Source: Kofleriaceae bacterium (GTDB taxonomy: Bacteria; Myxococcota_A; Polyangia; Haliangiales; Haliangiaceae). From it: 64,000 nt of DNA. The position numbers and the translations under genes were made by a program. Position 1 is the first letter of the stretch. Each line of letters opens with the position of its first letter. The notes under the pieces were generated by a model. That model was not told where the DNA came from and did not search any database. It worked only from the letters and a program-made list of their open reading frames with translations. This document shows positions 1-11,104 of the stretch, one piece after another. The stretch covers positions 64,001-128,000 of the forward strand of contig CBDCCZ010000019.1 of NCBI GenBank assembly GCA_965215005.1, read 5' to 3'.

Positions 1-370
1 CGGCAGTCGCTACATCGACCCACGAGGCATCGAGCTGCAGGCTCTCGCCCACGCGAACGATGACCAGCACCAATAACTCGTCGACGCTCAGCCGGGCCCC
101 GAGATCCGCGATGCACGCTGGCAAGCCAATGCATTCCTCTGGCACGCCTGCCGCGGGCAAGCGGCGCGTGGCTTCCGCGCCCGCCACCGTCTCTACGATG
201 AACTGCTCTTCGAGCACCTGCGCCAGCGACTCCGCGAGCGCGGCAGCCTGCTCGGGCTCGACGTTGACCGCCAAGCCAACCACGACCCCCAACCGGCGCG
301 GACGCGCATCGTCGGCGTGGGCGAGCGACGCGCAAACCAGCAATACAATGCCTAGAGCGACCGCGCGCAT
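1..370 (-). CDS. Secreted protein, N-terminal part only (runs off window start)
   Basis: My translation of the reverse strand from ATG 370 gives MRAVALGIVLLVCASLAHADDARPRRLGVVVGLAVNV..., a signal peptide with an AxA site, and stays open to base 1. Confidence 0.65.
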   Translation of the reverse strand, partial: MRAVALGIVLLVCASLAHADDARPRRLGVVVGLAVNVEPEQAAALAESLAQVLEEQFIVETVAGAEATRRLPAAGVPEECIGLPACIADLGARLSVDELLVLVIVRVGESLQLDASWVDVATA

Positions 371-560
371 CCTTAACGTTTTCCCATATGCAGCGATTCA
401 CTGCACGTTAAAGGCGCAAACATCCACCGTGAGATGAGCGTGAGCTGCGGCCACGATGTAATCGTGTTGCGGCCAATGTCGTTTGCTTCGGCTCACGCGC
501 CAGTGGAGCTCAACAACGTCGGCATTGGCAACGTGCGCCACGCAGGGGCCTTTTCGCGCG

Positions 561-1394
561 TCAGCTCTCTTCAACGACTCCAGCGACGCGATAGCCGGTG
601 CCTTGCCGACTCTCGATGACGCGCGCCAATCCACCCGCTTCGAGCTTCTTGCGCACCCGGCGCACCAGCTCGCGCACATTCTCGCTATCGGCGTCGTGCG
701 ACTTGAAGGCCAACGTGTTGGCGAGCTCGTGCCACGGCACATACGCCAGCAGCGCCTCCTGCGCCTTCGCTCGACGCTCGCAAAGCAGCTGCAACAGCCC
801 AAATTCCAGCCTCGCGAGCTCAATCACCGCATCGTCGTAGCAAACGATGCCGCCATCGGAGCGCTGCTGCACGACGAAGATGCCCACTTCGCAGTGCACC
901 GTGGCACGGTAAGCGAGCTGGCGACGCTCGACGCGGTTGGTGCGACCAGGCCCGGTCGTGCAGACGCCACCGCTTGGCGCGGTGGTCGAGAACCATAGCC
1001 TCACTTCACCGAATCCGAGCGCGACGCCATGAACGAGCACCGCGCGGCGGATGCGCTGAACAGCGACGAAGGTCCCATTGAGGCTGCCGCGGTCGTGCAG
1101 CCGCCAGCGCCCTTCGCTGCACTCGAGCTCCGCATGCAGCGACGAAACCGACGGATGGAGCAGCGCCACCCCCACCTCATGCCGACTCCGCCCAATCAAC
1201 GCACGAGCGCCAATGCCATGAGCATGCCCCCAGGAATCGAGCAGCCATGCAGCCGGAGCAGTCACCGGCGCAGCGACTACCTGCTCAGGCGTCCACGTCA
1301 CCTCGGGCGCGAGCGAGCGCGCATGATCCGCGCACAAAACACCCACGCTGGCGGCAGCTCCGCACAGCGGACAAGTGGTGGCCTGCTCGAGCAT
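561..1394 (-). CDS. FHA-domain protein with N-terminal Cys-rich knuckle and C-terminal OmpR-type winged helix
   Basis: CPLC...LCADH; FHA motifs IGRS, VSSLHA, DRGSLNGTFV; C-terminal VRRVRKKL...IESRQGTGYRV; likely start ATG 1394 inside track ORF 561..1535. Confidence 0.8.
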   Translation of the reverse strand: MLEQATTCPLCGAAASVGVLCADHARSLAPEVTWTPEQVVAAPVTAPAAWLLDSWGHAHGIGARALIGRSRHEVGVALLHPSVSSLHAELECSEGRWRLHDRGSLNGTFVAVQRIRRAVLVHGVALGFGEVRLWFSTTAPSGGVCTTGPGRTNRVERRQLAYRATVHCEVGIFVVQQRSDGGIVCYDDAVIELARLEFGLLQLLCERRAKAQEALLAYVPWHELANTLAFKSHDADSENVRELVRRVRKKLEAGGLARVIESRQGTGYRVAGVVEES

Positions 1395-1560
1395 CCCGTC
1401 GCCCGCGCAAGATACCACGCCAGCATCCCAGACCACGAGCGAGCCCCTGCACGCGCAACCGCTGCGGCTCGCAGGCGAAACAGCATCGCGCATCCCAACG
1501 GCTTCTGCGTTCGCAGGCGTTCCGTCACCGGCCACCGTGGGTGCGCGAGCACGTCCGATC

Positions 1561-1914
1561 CTACTCGTCGCGAAAGGCTGCTCGCGCCACGTCTATCGGC
1601 AGGAACATGCGGCGGGGCCAGGACGTGGCATCGACAATCACGAAGTCATACTTCTTGGCTATCACAGAGCCAACATCCGTCGACACGGCAGCCATGCTGA
1701 GCGTATAGAACCCGATGACCATCGGCAGCTCATCCGCGACGTCATCAGCCGACGCATCCAGCACGTAGGTGAGGCCGATGTTCGCCTGGTCGCTGGACAG
1801 CGCGTGGCGCCGGAAGTAGTTGTTGAGCGGATGCTTGCCGCACCGAAAGCCGCATGTCGGATCGGCAGGACCGATCCGGCGTGTCCGGTAGGAGGGGCTT
1901 GCTGGTTCGGTCAC
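1561..1914 (-). pseudogene. GNAT-family (AtaT/TacT-like) toxin with apparent internal in-frame deletion
   Basis: Has FRCGKHPLNNYFRRHA and VIGFYTLS (toxin N-half) and YDFV...RMFLPI (C-end), but no acetyl-CoA-binding segment; only 117 aa; GTG start overlaps the antitoxin stop (GTGA). Confidence 0.75.
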
Positions 1915-2255
1915 CGACGGCGACGCTTCGCGGCCGCCTGCAGGCGTGCGCGGGGCTTCGCGGGAGCATCTGCCAGCGCTTGCATCTTGGCGAGCGACGA
2001 GTCCGGCAGCTCGAGCTTGTCCGGCGAGAGAGCCCATTCCAGCGCCGTGCGTGTCGGCGTCATCAGCTCGCAAACAGCCTGCAGGTCACGAGGATCCTGG
2101 ATGACGAGCCGGCGGCCGCGACGGATCTCCAAGATCGCCTTCAGGAACAACGACAAGGCCTCATCGATGATCTGGCTGCGGCTCAGCCCGAGCTGGTCGG
2201 CAAGCTCCTGAACGGCAGAGCCTCGACTATCGGGTACGGTGGCTTCGAGACGCAT
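1911..2255 (-). CDS. Ribbon-helix-helix antitoxin (DUF1778-like C-terminus)
   Basis: MRLEATVP...ELADQLGLSRSQIIDEAL (RHH); C-terminal LADAPAKPRARLQAA; translationally coupled to the GNAT gene. Confidence 0.75.
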   Translation of the reverse strand: MRLEATVPDSRGSAVQELADQLGLSRSQIIDEALSLFLKAILEIRRGRRLVIQDPRDLQAVCELMTPTRTALEWALSPDKLELPDSSLAKMQALADAPAKPRARLQAAAKRRRR

Positions 2256-2269
2256 GGCGGATCTCGTTC

Positions 2270-2283
2270 CCTCAAATTTGAGG
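2270..2283. promoter_or_regulatory. Perfect 14-bp palindrome CCTCAAATTTGAGG, candidate TA autoregulatory operator
   Basis: Perfect palindrome just upstream of the antitoxin ATG; further inverted repeats at 2348-2367 and 2374-2386. Confidence 0.45.
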
Positions 2284-2513
2284 CAATACCCAGGGATACC
2301 GGATCTGCGCCAATTTCCCAAGCTCGAAGCGTTGAGACACCACCTCGTGACGCACGTCATCGACGTGAGCATGACCGTATTACGGTAGCTTCCAGATCGG
2401 ACCGGCCAATGGCGACATTACCGTCGTCCTCGCCGATGACCGAGGCTGGGGGCACCGGTTTCGGCGAAGCGACCTCTTCCCACGCAGGAGCCACGTGCAT
2501 CCTCGATGTCGTT

Positions 2514-2842
2514 GCAGGCGGGCCTGCGATGCTTGAAGGGGGTGCCGCGCCTGCCGTCTCTACGTCGTGGAGGGGGGGGGTGACGGAGACGGCAGGCGGG
2601 CCTGCGATGCTTGAAGGGGGTGCCGCGCCTGCCGTCTCTACGTCGTGGAGGGGGGGGGGGTGACGGAGACGGCAGGCGGGCCTGCGATGCTTGAAGGGGG
2701 TGCCGCGCCTGCCGTCTCTACGTCGTGGAGGGGGGGGTGACGGAGACGGCAGGCGGGCCTGCGATTCTTGAAGGGGGTGCCGCGCCTGCCGTCTCTACGT
2801 CGTGGAGGGGGGGGTGACGGAGACGGCAGGCGGGCCTGCGAT
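2514..2842. repeat. Tandem ~78-bp hairpin repeat, 4 full copies plus a partial one
   Basis: Units start at 2514, 2592, 2672, 2749, 2826; nearly identical apart from a G-run of 9/11/8/8; internal stem CGCCTGCCGTCTC...GAGACGGCAGGCG. Confidence 0.95.
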
Positions 2843-2854
2843 TCGATGGCGTTC

Positions 2855-3730
2855 TCAGTGCTCCTCCCCGTGCTCGGAGGAGCGCCGCATCTTGGCGGTG
2901 AGCGTCTCGATTTGGTGCCGGAGCGTCGAGTTGCCCAGCACCGCCGGATGTGCCAGAGACTCTCGCGCCGATGCCTCGCTGGCCGCGCGCTGGACCATCG
3001 CGCGCAGCCGGCCGATGACGCGCGGCGTGAGACCGGTCAAACGAATTGCAAAGGCACTGCCCGCAGCATCACTGCGCATCGCCACGACATGCGCCTCGAT
3101 GGACAACACCAGCTCATCGGGCAGATGCAGCGCAACGACCAGCCGCTCCCTTGGCTGAAGCCGATGCGAGCCGCGCAAGGTCAGCACGTTGCGACCCATG
3201 GCATGTGCGTCGCACAGCCGCGTTACCTGATCCCAATGACGGCACGAAACCTTGATCTTGCGAGTCACGCGGCGATTGCTCCGGGCATCGAGAGGGATCG
3301 TGGGGTGCTCGGATGCAATCAGCCTCGGCACCGCCGCCGTCGACATCTCGCTTTGCGTCCCGCGCGCCACGCGCGACATTCGCTTCTCGAGCACTCCGAT
3401 CAACGACTTCACGTCGGCGACCGTCCAAACCTTCGGCAACAGATGACCGAGCGCCGCGGCATCGGCAACCATCGGCGCATCGCGTCCAGCACGGGTGCAA
3501 AAGGCAATGGGCATGGCAGGCGCCGCTGCGTGGATTGCTCGCGCCAGCTCGACGCCATTCATCACCGGCATCTCGAGATCGGTGATCACCGCGTCGAATT
3601 CGTCGGTGGCCATCATCGCCAGCGCGTCCTCGGCGTGCAGCGCAACCTCGGTTGCGTGGCCCAAGCGACGCAGCGCACGGCGAAGCAGCGTTCCAAAGCT
3701 CGCATCGTCGTCTACAACCAGAATCTTCAT
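2855..3730 (-). CDS. Response regulator receiver with C-terminal PilZ-like domain
   Basis: MKILVVDDD...ITDLEMPVMNG...LLPK; C-terminal RSNRR followed by a beta-rich PilZ-like region. Confidence 0.8.
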   Translation of the reverse strand: MKILVVDDDASFGTLLRRALRRLGHATEVALHAEDALAMMATDEFDAVITDLEMPVMNGVELARAIHAAAPAMPIAFCTRAGRDAPMVADAAALGHLLPKVWTVADVKSLIGVLEKRMSRVARGTQSEMSTAAVPRLIASEHPTIPLDARSNRRVTRKIKVSCRHWDQVTRLCDAHAMGRNVLTLRGSHRLQPRERLVVALHLPDELVLSIEAHVVAMRSDAAGSAFAIRLTGLTPRVIGRLRAMVQRAASEASARESLAHPAVLGNSTLRHQIETLTAKMRRSSEHGEEH

Positions 3731-3928
3731 TGGTAAGGCCGAATCACGTGGGAGGGATTACGCATCACTTCCTTCGTGTACGGGGCTGGTTAGCAGTTTC
3801 CGGGCCGAAGAGGAGAAGCAGTGATTTCGGGTGATTGGATGGCTTCTTGAAGCGCATCCGCAACCATTGTTTACACCTGCCGCAAATTGCGTTGACACTC
3901 CCGCAATAAACGTTGTCACCTCTCGCCG

Positions 3929-5503
3929 GTGGAGGCGCGTGTGCAGGGCAGGGAAACGACAGCGGACCGACCGCGCATCCTGGTGGTCGACGACGAGCCA
4001 GACAACCTCGAGCTGCTGGTGCGCATTCTGCGTTCCGTTGGCCGCCTCACCTGCGCCAGCACCGGGCCGGAGGCACTCGAAATCCTCCGCGGCGGCTCGT
4101 TCGCGGCCATCGTCACCGATCACAACATGCGCGGGCTCACCGGCGTTGAGCTGCTCGAGCGCGCCGCCCGCATCGCGCCGCAGACCGAGCGCATCTTGGT
4201 ATCAGGCTACGGCGACGTCGAGGTTCTCACCGACGCGATCAACCGCGGCCACGTCTCGTGCTTCTTGCGCAAGCCCATCGAGCCGCGCGTATTGCGCGAG
4301 ACCGTACGAAAAGCAGTGGCGCAGCCGGCGCTGGCCTCGCGCCGCGCCTTGGTGCTGGCCAGTCCGCCGCTCGCCAGCCGCATCAGCGAGGCGCTGCGCA
4401 ATTCGGGGCTCGAGGTCGCCCTGGGCGAGGACTTCAGCGGCGCCGGCCGTCCCGAAGATGTGGTGCTGTGGAAAACCGATGTCTCGACCAGCTTGATCGA
4501 TCGAGTGAGTCGGGTGCTGCGCGACGAAGCCGAGCTCGGCCGCCACCGCACGCAGCTCGGCCTGCGCGAGATGATTGGTGGCAGCGCCGCAATGCGAGAA
4601 GTATTCGATGCCGTCGAGCGCGTCGCACCAACCGACGCCACGGTGCTGGTTCGCGGTGAAACTGGCACCGGCAAAGAGATGGTCGCGCGTGTGGTTCACG
4701 CGCTGTCGCGCCGACGCGAGCGCCCCTTCGTCGCCGTCAACTGCGCAGCGCTGCCCGAATCGCTCGTCGAGAGCGAGCTGTTTGGCCACGAGCGCGGCGC
4801 CTTCACCGGCGCCCAGACTCGCAAGCTAGGCCGCTTCGAACGCGCCGACGCCGGCACGCTGTTCATCGACGAGGTCGGTAACATGCCGGAGGCGGTGCAG
4901 GTCAAGCTGCTGCGAGTTCTGCAGGAGCGCGCCTTCGAGCGCGTCGGTGGCACCGAGACTCTTAAAGTCGACATTCGCTTGGTCGCTGCCACCAACCTCG
5001 ACCTCGAGTCGGCGATGGCGGTCGGCCACTTCCGCGAAGATTTGTTCTATCGACTCAACGTCGTGCCGATCACCCTGCCGCCGCTGCGCGAGCGCAAAGA
5101 CGACTTGCCGCTCCTCACGCAACACCTGCTCGCCGAGCTGCAACGTCGGGTCGGCAAAGAGGGCATTCGGATCTCTGCCGCGATGATGCGACGCATCCAC
5201 GATTACGACTGGCCCGGCAACGTGCGCGAGCTCCAGAACGTGGTCGAGCGGGTGGTTGCGCTCACTCCCTCCGGCGGCATCGCCGACTTCCCCGATATCC
5301 GCATGCGCGGGCCGCGCCAAGGCTTGACCGCGCTGGTCCCGGAGAAGCCGTCGGCGACGCTCAGAGAGATGGTCTCCGAGCTCGAGCGGCGGCTCATCGC
5401 CCAGGCGCTCGAACGCAACGGCGGCAACCGCAGCCGCGCCGCCCGCGACCTCGGCATCACGCGCCAAGGGCTCGCAGTGAAGCTCAAGAAGTACGACTTG
5501 TAG
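3929..5503 (+). CDS. Sigma-54-dependent response regulator (NtrC-like enhancer-binding protein)
   Basis: REC domain, Walker A GETGTGKE, GAFTGA, FREDLFYRLNV, WPGNVRELQN, Fis-type HTH. Confidence 0.95.
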   Translation: MEARVQGRETTADRPRILVVDDEPDNLELLVRILRSVGRLTCASTGPEALEILRGGSFAAIVTDHNMRGLTGVELLERAARIAPQTERILVSGYGDVEVLTDAINRGHVSCFLRKPIEPRVLRETVRKAVAQPALASRRALVLASPPLASRISEALRNSGLEVALGEDFSGAGRPEDVVLWKTDVSTSLIDRVSRVLRDEAELGRHRTQLGLREMIGGSAAMREVFDAVERVAPTDATVLVRGETGTGKEMVARVVHALSRRRERPFVAVNCAALPESLVESELFGHERGAFTGAQTRKLGRFERADAGTLFIDEVGNMPEAVQVKLLRVLQERAFERVGGTETLKVDIRLVAATNLDLESAMAVGHFREDLFYRLNVVPITLPPLRERKDDLPLLTQHLLAELQRRVGKEGIRISAAMMRRIHDYDWPGNVRELQNVVERVVALTPSGGIADFPDIRMRGPRQGLTALVPEKPSATLREMVSELERRLIAQALERNGGNRSRAARDLGITRQGLAVKLKKYDL

Positions 5504-5579
5504 GAGCAGAGCTCCGCCAAAAATGTCCAATATGCCTCCGCCCCCTAAAGGGTGAACGAGAGCGCCCGATTCGAGTCTC

Positions 5580-5969
5580 GTGAGCGGAGACGTGTGGAGC
5601 GAGCGTGAGTGTGGATGTGGGCGCAGCAATCGCGCGCATCGGTCATTTTGCGGCGGCTGTGGGGCCCGCTTGGCGCAAGCGTGTAGACGCTGCAGCTTCG
5701 CCAACGAGGCAGACGATGCCTATTGCGGCGGTTGCGGCGTTGGCATTGCCGATGAGCTCCAGCTGCCCGTGGTCATCGTCGGCCGCGGCACGCCGGTTCC
5801 GCGAGCTCGCTCCAGATCGGATACCGCGCCACTTCCCGAGGTCCCGGCACTGCCGGTCCTGTCGGTGCCGCCCCCCCGCATGGACTCGCCTTGGAATGAA
5901 ATCCCCGACGAAGAGGATGACAACCCAATGTCCTCGTCGTTCTTCTCGCCGCTGGGCTGGCGGCGTTGA
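5580..5969 (+). CDS. Double zinc-ribbon protein
   Basis: CGC..FCGGCG..CRRC..YCGGCG followed by a Pro/acidic tail. Confidence 0.7.
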   Translation: MSGDVWSERECGCGRSNRAHRSFCGGCGARLAQACRRCSFANEADDAYCGGCGVGIADELQLPVVIVGRGTPVPRARSRSDTAPLPEVPALPVLSVPPPRMDSPWNEIPDEEDDNPMSSSFFSPLGWRR

Positions 5970-5983
5970 TCCTTGGAGACTCG

Positions 5984-6367
5984 ATGACCCCTACTGCGCT
6001 CATCATCGACCACTCGCCAATCTCCAGTCAGCTCATCGCGCGGCTCCTCGAACGCGGCGGCTTCCACGTCGTGGGCACCAGCCACGATGGGCTTCTCGGG
6101 CTGCGTTTAGCCGCTGAGCACCGTCCGAGCCTCATCACCCTCGATTTGGTCCTGCCGTCCCTCACTGGCTTGCAGATGGCAGCGGCAATTCGGCGGTCGG
6201 CGCCCGACGTCGCCATGATGGTCATCAGCGCCATCAATGCGCGCACTCGCGTCGATGCCGCGAGCAAGCTCGGCATCGATTACTACATTCTCAAACCGAT
6301 CTCGCAGGAGCGCCTGGTCGAGGTGGCCTGCTTGCTGCGCGCGGACCTCGAAACCCGCGCTGCGTGA
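5984..6367 (+). CDS. Single-domain response regulator (CheY-like)
   Basis: ALIIDHS, ITLDLVLP, YYILKP; GGAG RBS before ATG 5984. Confidence 0.85.
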   Translation: MTPTALIIDHSPISSQLIARLLERGGFHVVGTSHDGLLGLRLAAEHRPSLITLDLVLPSLTGLQMAAAIRRSAPDVAMMVISAINARTRVDAASKLGIDYYILKPISQERLVEVACLLRADLETRAA

Positions 6368-6383
6368 GCAAAGGAGCGAGCCC

Positions 6384-7250
6384 ATGGAAATCATCGCCGC
6401 CAGCACCGAAGCCGACTCGTTCTCAGAGCTCGAGCTCGCCATCCGCGATCTCGAAGCCCTCGAGACCATGCCGGTCATCGCGCAACGCCTGTTGGCGGTG
6501 ACCGCGCAACAAGACTGCGAGATGCACGAGGTGCAAGCGCTGGTGAGCGCCGACCCCGCGCTCGCAGCGCGCATGATGCGGCTGGCGAGTGCGCCGGTGT
6601 ATGGCAGCCGCGCAGCGCCCAATTTGCGCTCGGCGCTGATTCGCATCGGCATGCGCGATATCCGCCGCATGGTGACCGCAGCAGCGTTGATTCAGCGGCA
6701 TCGGCCGCAAAAGCGCGGCATTCGCGAGCTGTGGGCCTATTGTCTGCGCTGCGGCTCGGTCGCCGAGTCGCTCGCTGCTCGCCTGCCGAGCACCCGCATC
6801 GATGATCCGTTCTTGCTCGGGCTATTGCACGAGCTCGGCACCTTCGTGCTGTGTAGCCTGCGCGGCGCGCCGTATCAAAAGCTCCTGCGCGGCCCCGGCG
6901 ACGAGGAGCAAGTGCTCGCCGAACAAGCCGAGCTTGGCTTCGATCACACGCTGGTGGGAGCCTTGATCGCCGAGCAGTGGAATCTTTTCCCCGGCCTCGA
7001 GTACGTGATGCAGCTCCACCACACGCCCCTCATCGCCGACGAGCTGGCGCTCGAGCCGGATATCGCCGCGGCGGTCTACGTTGTCGGGGTCGCGCGACAG
7101 TATGCCGGCTCTGCGCTCCCCACCGATGCCGCACTCCACGGTGCGCTGTGCGAACGGCTCGGTATCGGCGCTGAGCAAGTGCTCGACGCCGCTCGCGATG
7201 GCATGGCTCGCTACGAGAGCCTCTACGCCTCGCTTCTCGGCGCCCGCTAA
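6384..7250 (+). CDS. HDOD-domain protein
   Basis: DPALAARMMRLAS, GLLHELG, LGFDHTLVGALIAEQWN...HH; AAGGAG RBS. Confidence 0.9.
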   Translation: MEIIAASTEADSFSELELAIRDLEALETMPVIAQRLLAVTAQQDCEMHEVQALVSADPALAARMMRLASAPVYGSRAAPNLRSALIRIGMRDIRRMVTAAALIQRHRPQKRGIRELWAYCLRCGSVAESLAARLPSTRIDDPFLLGLLHELGTFVLCSLRGAPYQKLLRGPGDEEQVLAEQAELGFDHTLVGALIAEQWNLFPGLEYVMQLHHTPLIADELALEPDIAAAVYVVGVARQYAGSALPTDAALHGALCERLGIGAEQVLDAARDGMARYESLYASLLGAR

Positions 7251-7349
7251 GACGCGACGCTCAACGCGCCATTTACCTGAACACGCGTTCCGCGCACGCG
7301 CGGCAAAGCGTCATCGACGCGGCAGAAAAATTGCCCCGCCTCGATACCC

Positions 7350-8243
7350 ATGGGTATTGAGGAAGGAGTGACGGGAACGCGTGTGGCACCGACCAACACC
7401 GGGCGGCGCAAGCGGCGCAATCGCCGGCTGCGCGAGCCGCTGCGGCGACGTCTGCCACCGCTGCGCACGTGGCGCCAGGTACTGGCGCGGACGCTGCGGC
7501 GCATGTTGCCGGCGCTCACGGTGCTCGGCGCAATCGCTGGCACCGGCCTGCTCCTCTGGGGCAGCTATCGGTATGCGACCACCTCGCCGCGATTTGCTGT
7601 CGACAACGTCGAAGTTGTTGGCGGCGAGAAGCGCGATGCGGTGTGGGCGCGCGCTGCGCTCGGCATCGATGGCAAAGACAACATCTTTCGCATCGATCCC
7701 AACGCCATGGCCAAGACTCTGGAAGCCGATCCTTGGGTGGCGAGAGCGCATGTGCGGCGCGAGCTTCCCGATACCGTGGTGATCGAGCTCGATGAAAACC
7801 AGCCGGTAGCGCTGGTCGAGCTCGACGGCCTTTACTTGACCACGCAGGTCGGCGCGCTGTTCAAGCGCGCGCGCATCGCCAACGGCGAAGGCGAAGCGCT
7901 GCCGGTGATCACTGGATTTTCGCGGCGCGCTTATCTGCAAGACCCCGCGCCCACCGCCGCAGCAATTCGCCGCGCGCTGGCCCTGCTAAGCGCGTATCGA
8001 GCCGATCCGAGCCGGCCGGTGCTCGGCGAGATTCACTGGGACCCCGCCCGCGGCTTCACGCTTCTGTCCTTCGCGACCGGCCTAGCGATTCGCGTCGGCA
8101 GTGGCGATGACCAAGAGGTGCACGCGCGGTTGGCGGCGTTCGATGCCGCTTGGGACGCGCTCGACGCCGATGAACGCAAGCGCGCGCGGGTGGTGCATGC
8201 CACCGGCGCCACTCGCCCCGACTACGTCACCGTGAGCTTCTAG
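7350..8243 (+). CDS. ftsQ: Cell division protein FtsQ
   Basis: Basic N-tail, one TM helix, POTRA (DPWVARAHVRRELPDTVVI); directly upstream of ftsA. Confidence 0.9.
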   Translation: MGIEEGVTGTRVAPTNTGRRKRRNRRLREPLRRRLPPLRTWRQVLARTLRRMLPALTVLGAIAGTGLLLWGSYRYATTSPRFAVDNVEVVGGEKRDAVWARAALGIDGKDNIFRIDPNAMAKTLEADPWVARAHVRRELPDTVVIELDENQPVALVELDGLYLTTQVGALFKRARIANGEGEALPVITGFSRRAYLQDPAPTAAAIRRALALLSAYRADPSRPVLGEIHWDPARGFTLLSFATGLAIRVGSGDDQEVHARLAAFDAAWDALDADERKRARVVHATGATRPDYVTVSF

Positions 8244-8254
8244 AGACGACACAC

Positions 8255-9496
8255 ATGGGCAAGACCAAGCGAGATGAAATCATCGTCGGCCTCGACATCG
8301 GCACCACCAAGATCGCCGCTATCGTCGGCGAGATCGGCGACGATGGCATCGACATCATCGGCATCGGCACCGCACCTTCGAAAGGGCTGCGCAAAGGCGT
8401 GGTGGTCAACATCGATGCCACGGTGCAGGCCATTCGCCACGCCATCGATGAAGCCGAAAATATGGCTGGCTGCGAGATTTCAACGGTCTACGCCGGCATC
8501 TCCGGTGGCCACATTCGCGGCATCAACTCGCATGGCATCGTTGCCGTCAAAGATATTGAGGTCATGACCACCGATGTCGCCCGCGTCATCGAAGCGGCCA
8601 AGGCGGTAGCGATTCCCATGGACCGCGAGGTCTTGCACGTGTTGCCGCAGCAGTACGTGATCGATGAGCAAGATGGAATTCGCGATCCGCTCGGCATGGC
8701 CGGCGTGCGGCTCGAGGCCAAGGTCCACATCGTCACCACCGCCGTTACCAGCGCGCAAAATGTCGTCAAGTGCGCCAATCGTTGCGGCTTGCAGGTAGCG
8801 GATATCGTGCTCGAGCCGTTGGCTTCGGCCGAAGCCGTCGCCGAAGAAGATGAAAAAGAGCTCGGCGTCGCGCTCATCGACATTGGCGGCGGTACCGCGG
8901 ATATTGCGCTGTTTTGCGACGGGGCCATCGTCCATACCGCGGTCTTGCCTCTCGGCGGAAGCCACGTCACCAGCGACATTGCGGTCGGACTGCGCACGCC
9001 CATCGAGGCGGCGGAGGCGATCAAGAAAAAGTATGGCTGCGCGCTGCCGTCGCTCGTCGACGAGAGCGACACCATCGAGGTGCCGTCGGTTGGCGGACGC
9101 GAGCCGCGCATCTTGTCGCGCCAGATTCTCGTGCAGATCATCGAGCCGCGCATCGAAGAAATCTTTGAGCACGTGCGCGCGGAGATCGAGCGTTCGGGGT
9201 ACTACGACAGCTTGGCCGCCGGCGTTGTGCTCACCGGCGGCACGACGATCATGCCCGGCGTCATCGAGCTCGCGGAGTCAGTGCTGGAGCTGCCAGCACG
9301 GCGCGGCATCCCGCATGGCGTTGGCGGCTTGGTGGACATGGTGCGATCGCCGCAGTTTTCCACCGGCGTAGGGCTGGTGCGCTATGGCGCTTCCGTCGAT
9401 GAGCAAATGAGCGTGCCGACGCGCGCTCATGCTCACAACCCGAGCGAGCGCGGGTTTCTCTCCAAGATGTGGACTCGACTCGCCGAGATGTTCTAG
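8255..9496 (+). CDS. ftsA: Cell division protein FtsA
   Basis: VGLDIGTTKI, IDIGGGTADIA, GVVLTGG, amphipathic C-terminal helix. Confidence 0.98.
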   Translation: MGKTKRDEIIVGLDIGTTKIAAIVGEIGDDGIDIIGIGTAPSKGLRKGVVVNIDATVQAIRHAIDEAENMAGCEISTVYAGISGGHIRGINSHGIVAVKDIEVMTTDVARVIEAAKAVAIPMDREVLHVLPQQYVIDEQDGIRDPLGMAGVRLEAKVHIVTTAVTSAQNVVKCANRCGLQVADIVLEPLASAEAVAEEDEKELGVALIDIGGGTADIALFCDGAIVHTAVLPLGGSHVTSDIAVGLRTPIEAAEAIKKKYGCALPSLVDESDTIEVPSVGGREPRILSRQILVQIIEPRIEEIFEHVRAEIERSGYYDSLAAGVVLTGGTTIMPGVIELAESVLELPARRGIPHGVGGLVDMVRSPQFSTGVGLVRYGASVDEQMSVPTRAHAHNPSERGFLSKMWTRLAEMF

Positions 9497-9600
9497 CGCG
9501 CCGCGCTGCTCGACCACGAAATTGCACTTAATGCGGCCGAAAATTTGCCCACCTCAAGAAGCGCATCGATAACCAGGCAAACGCGGGGAGAACAACGTTT

Positions 9601-11019
<1,419 letters not shown>

Positions 11020-11047
11020 ATCGCGCAGCCAGCGCTTCCCCGCGCGT

Positions 11048-11076
11048 CGCCGCCGGCAATCGTCGGCGGCGTTTTT
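11048..11076 (+). terminator. Intrinsic terminator after ftsZ
   Basis: CGCCGCCGGC-AATC-GTCGGCGGCG followed by TTTTT. Confidence 0.75.
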
Positions 11077-11104
11077 CGTTCTGGGATTGCTGCTATAAGG
11101 AGGC

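Noticed and set aside
1854..2663. Plus-strand ORF running into the 78-bp repeat, and the many other overlapping track ORFs
   Set aside because: Shadow ORFs typical of high-GC DNA, opposite or out of frame to recognisable genes
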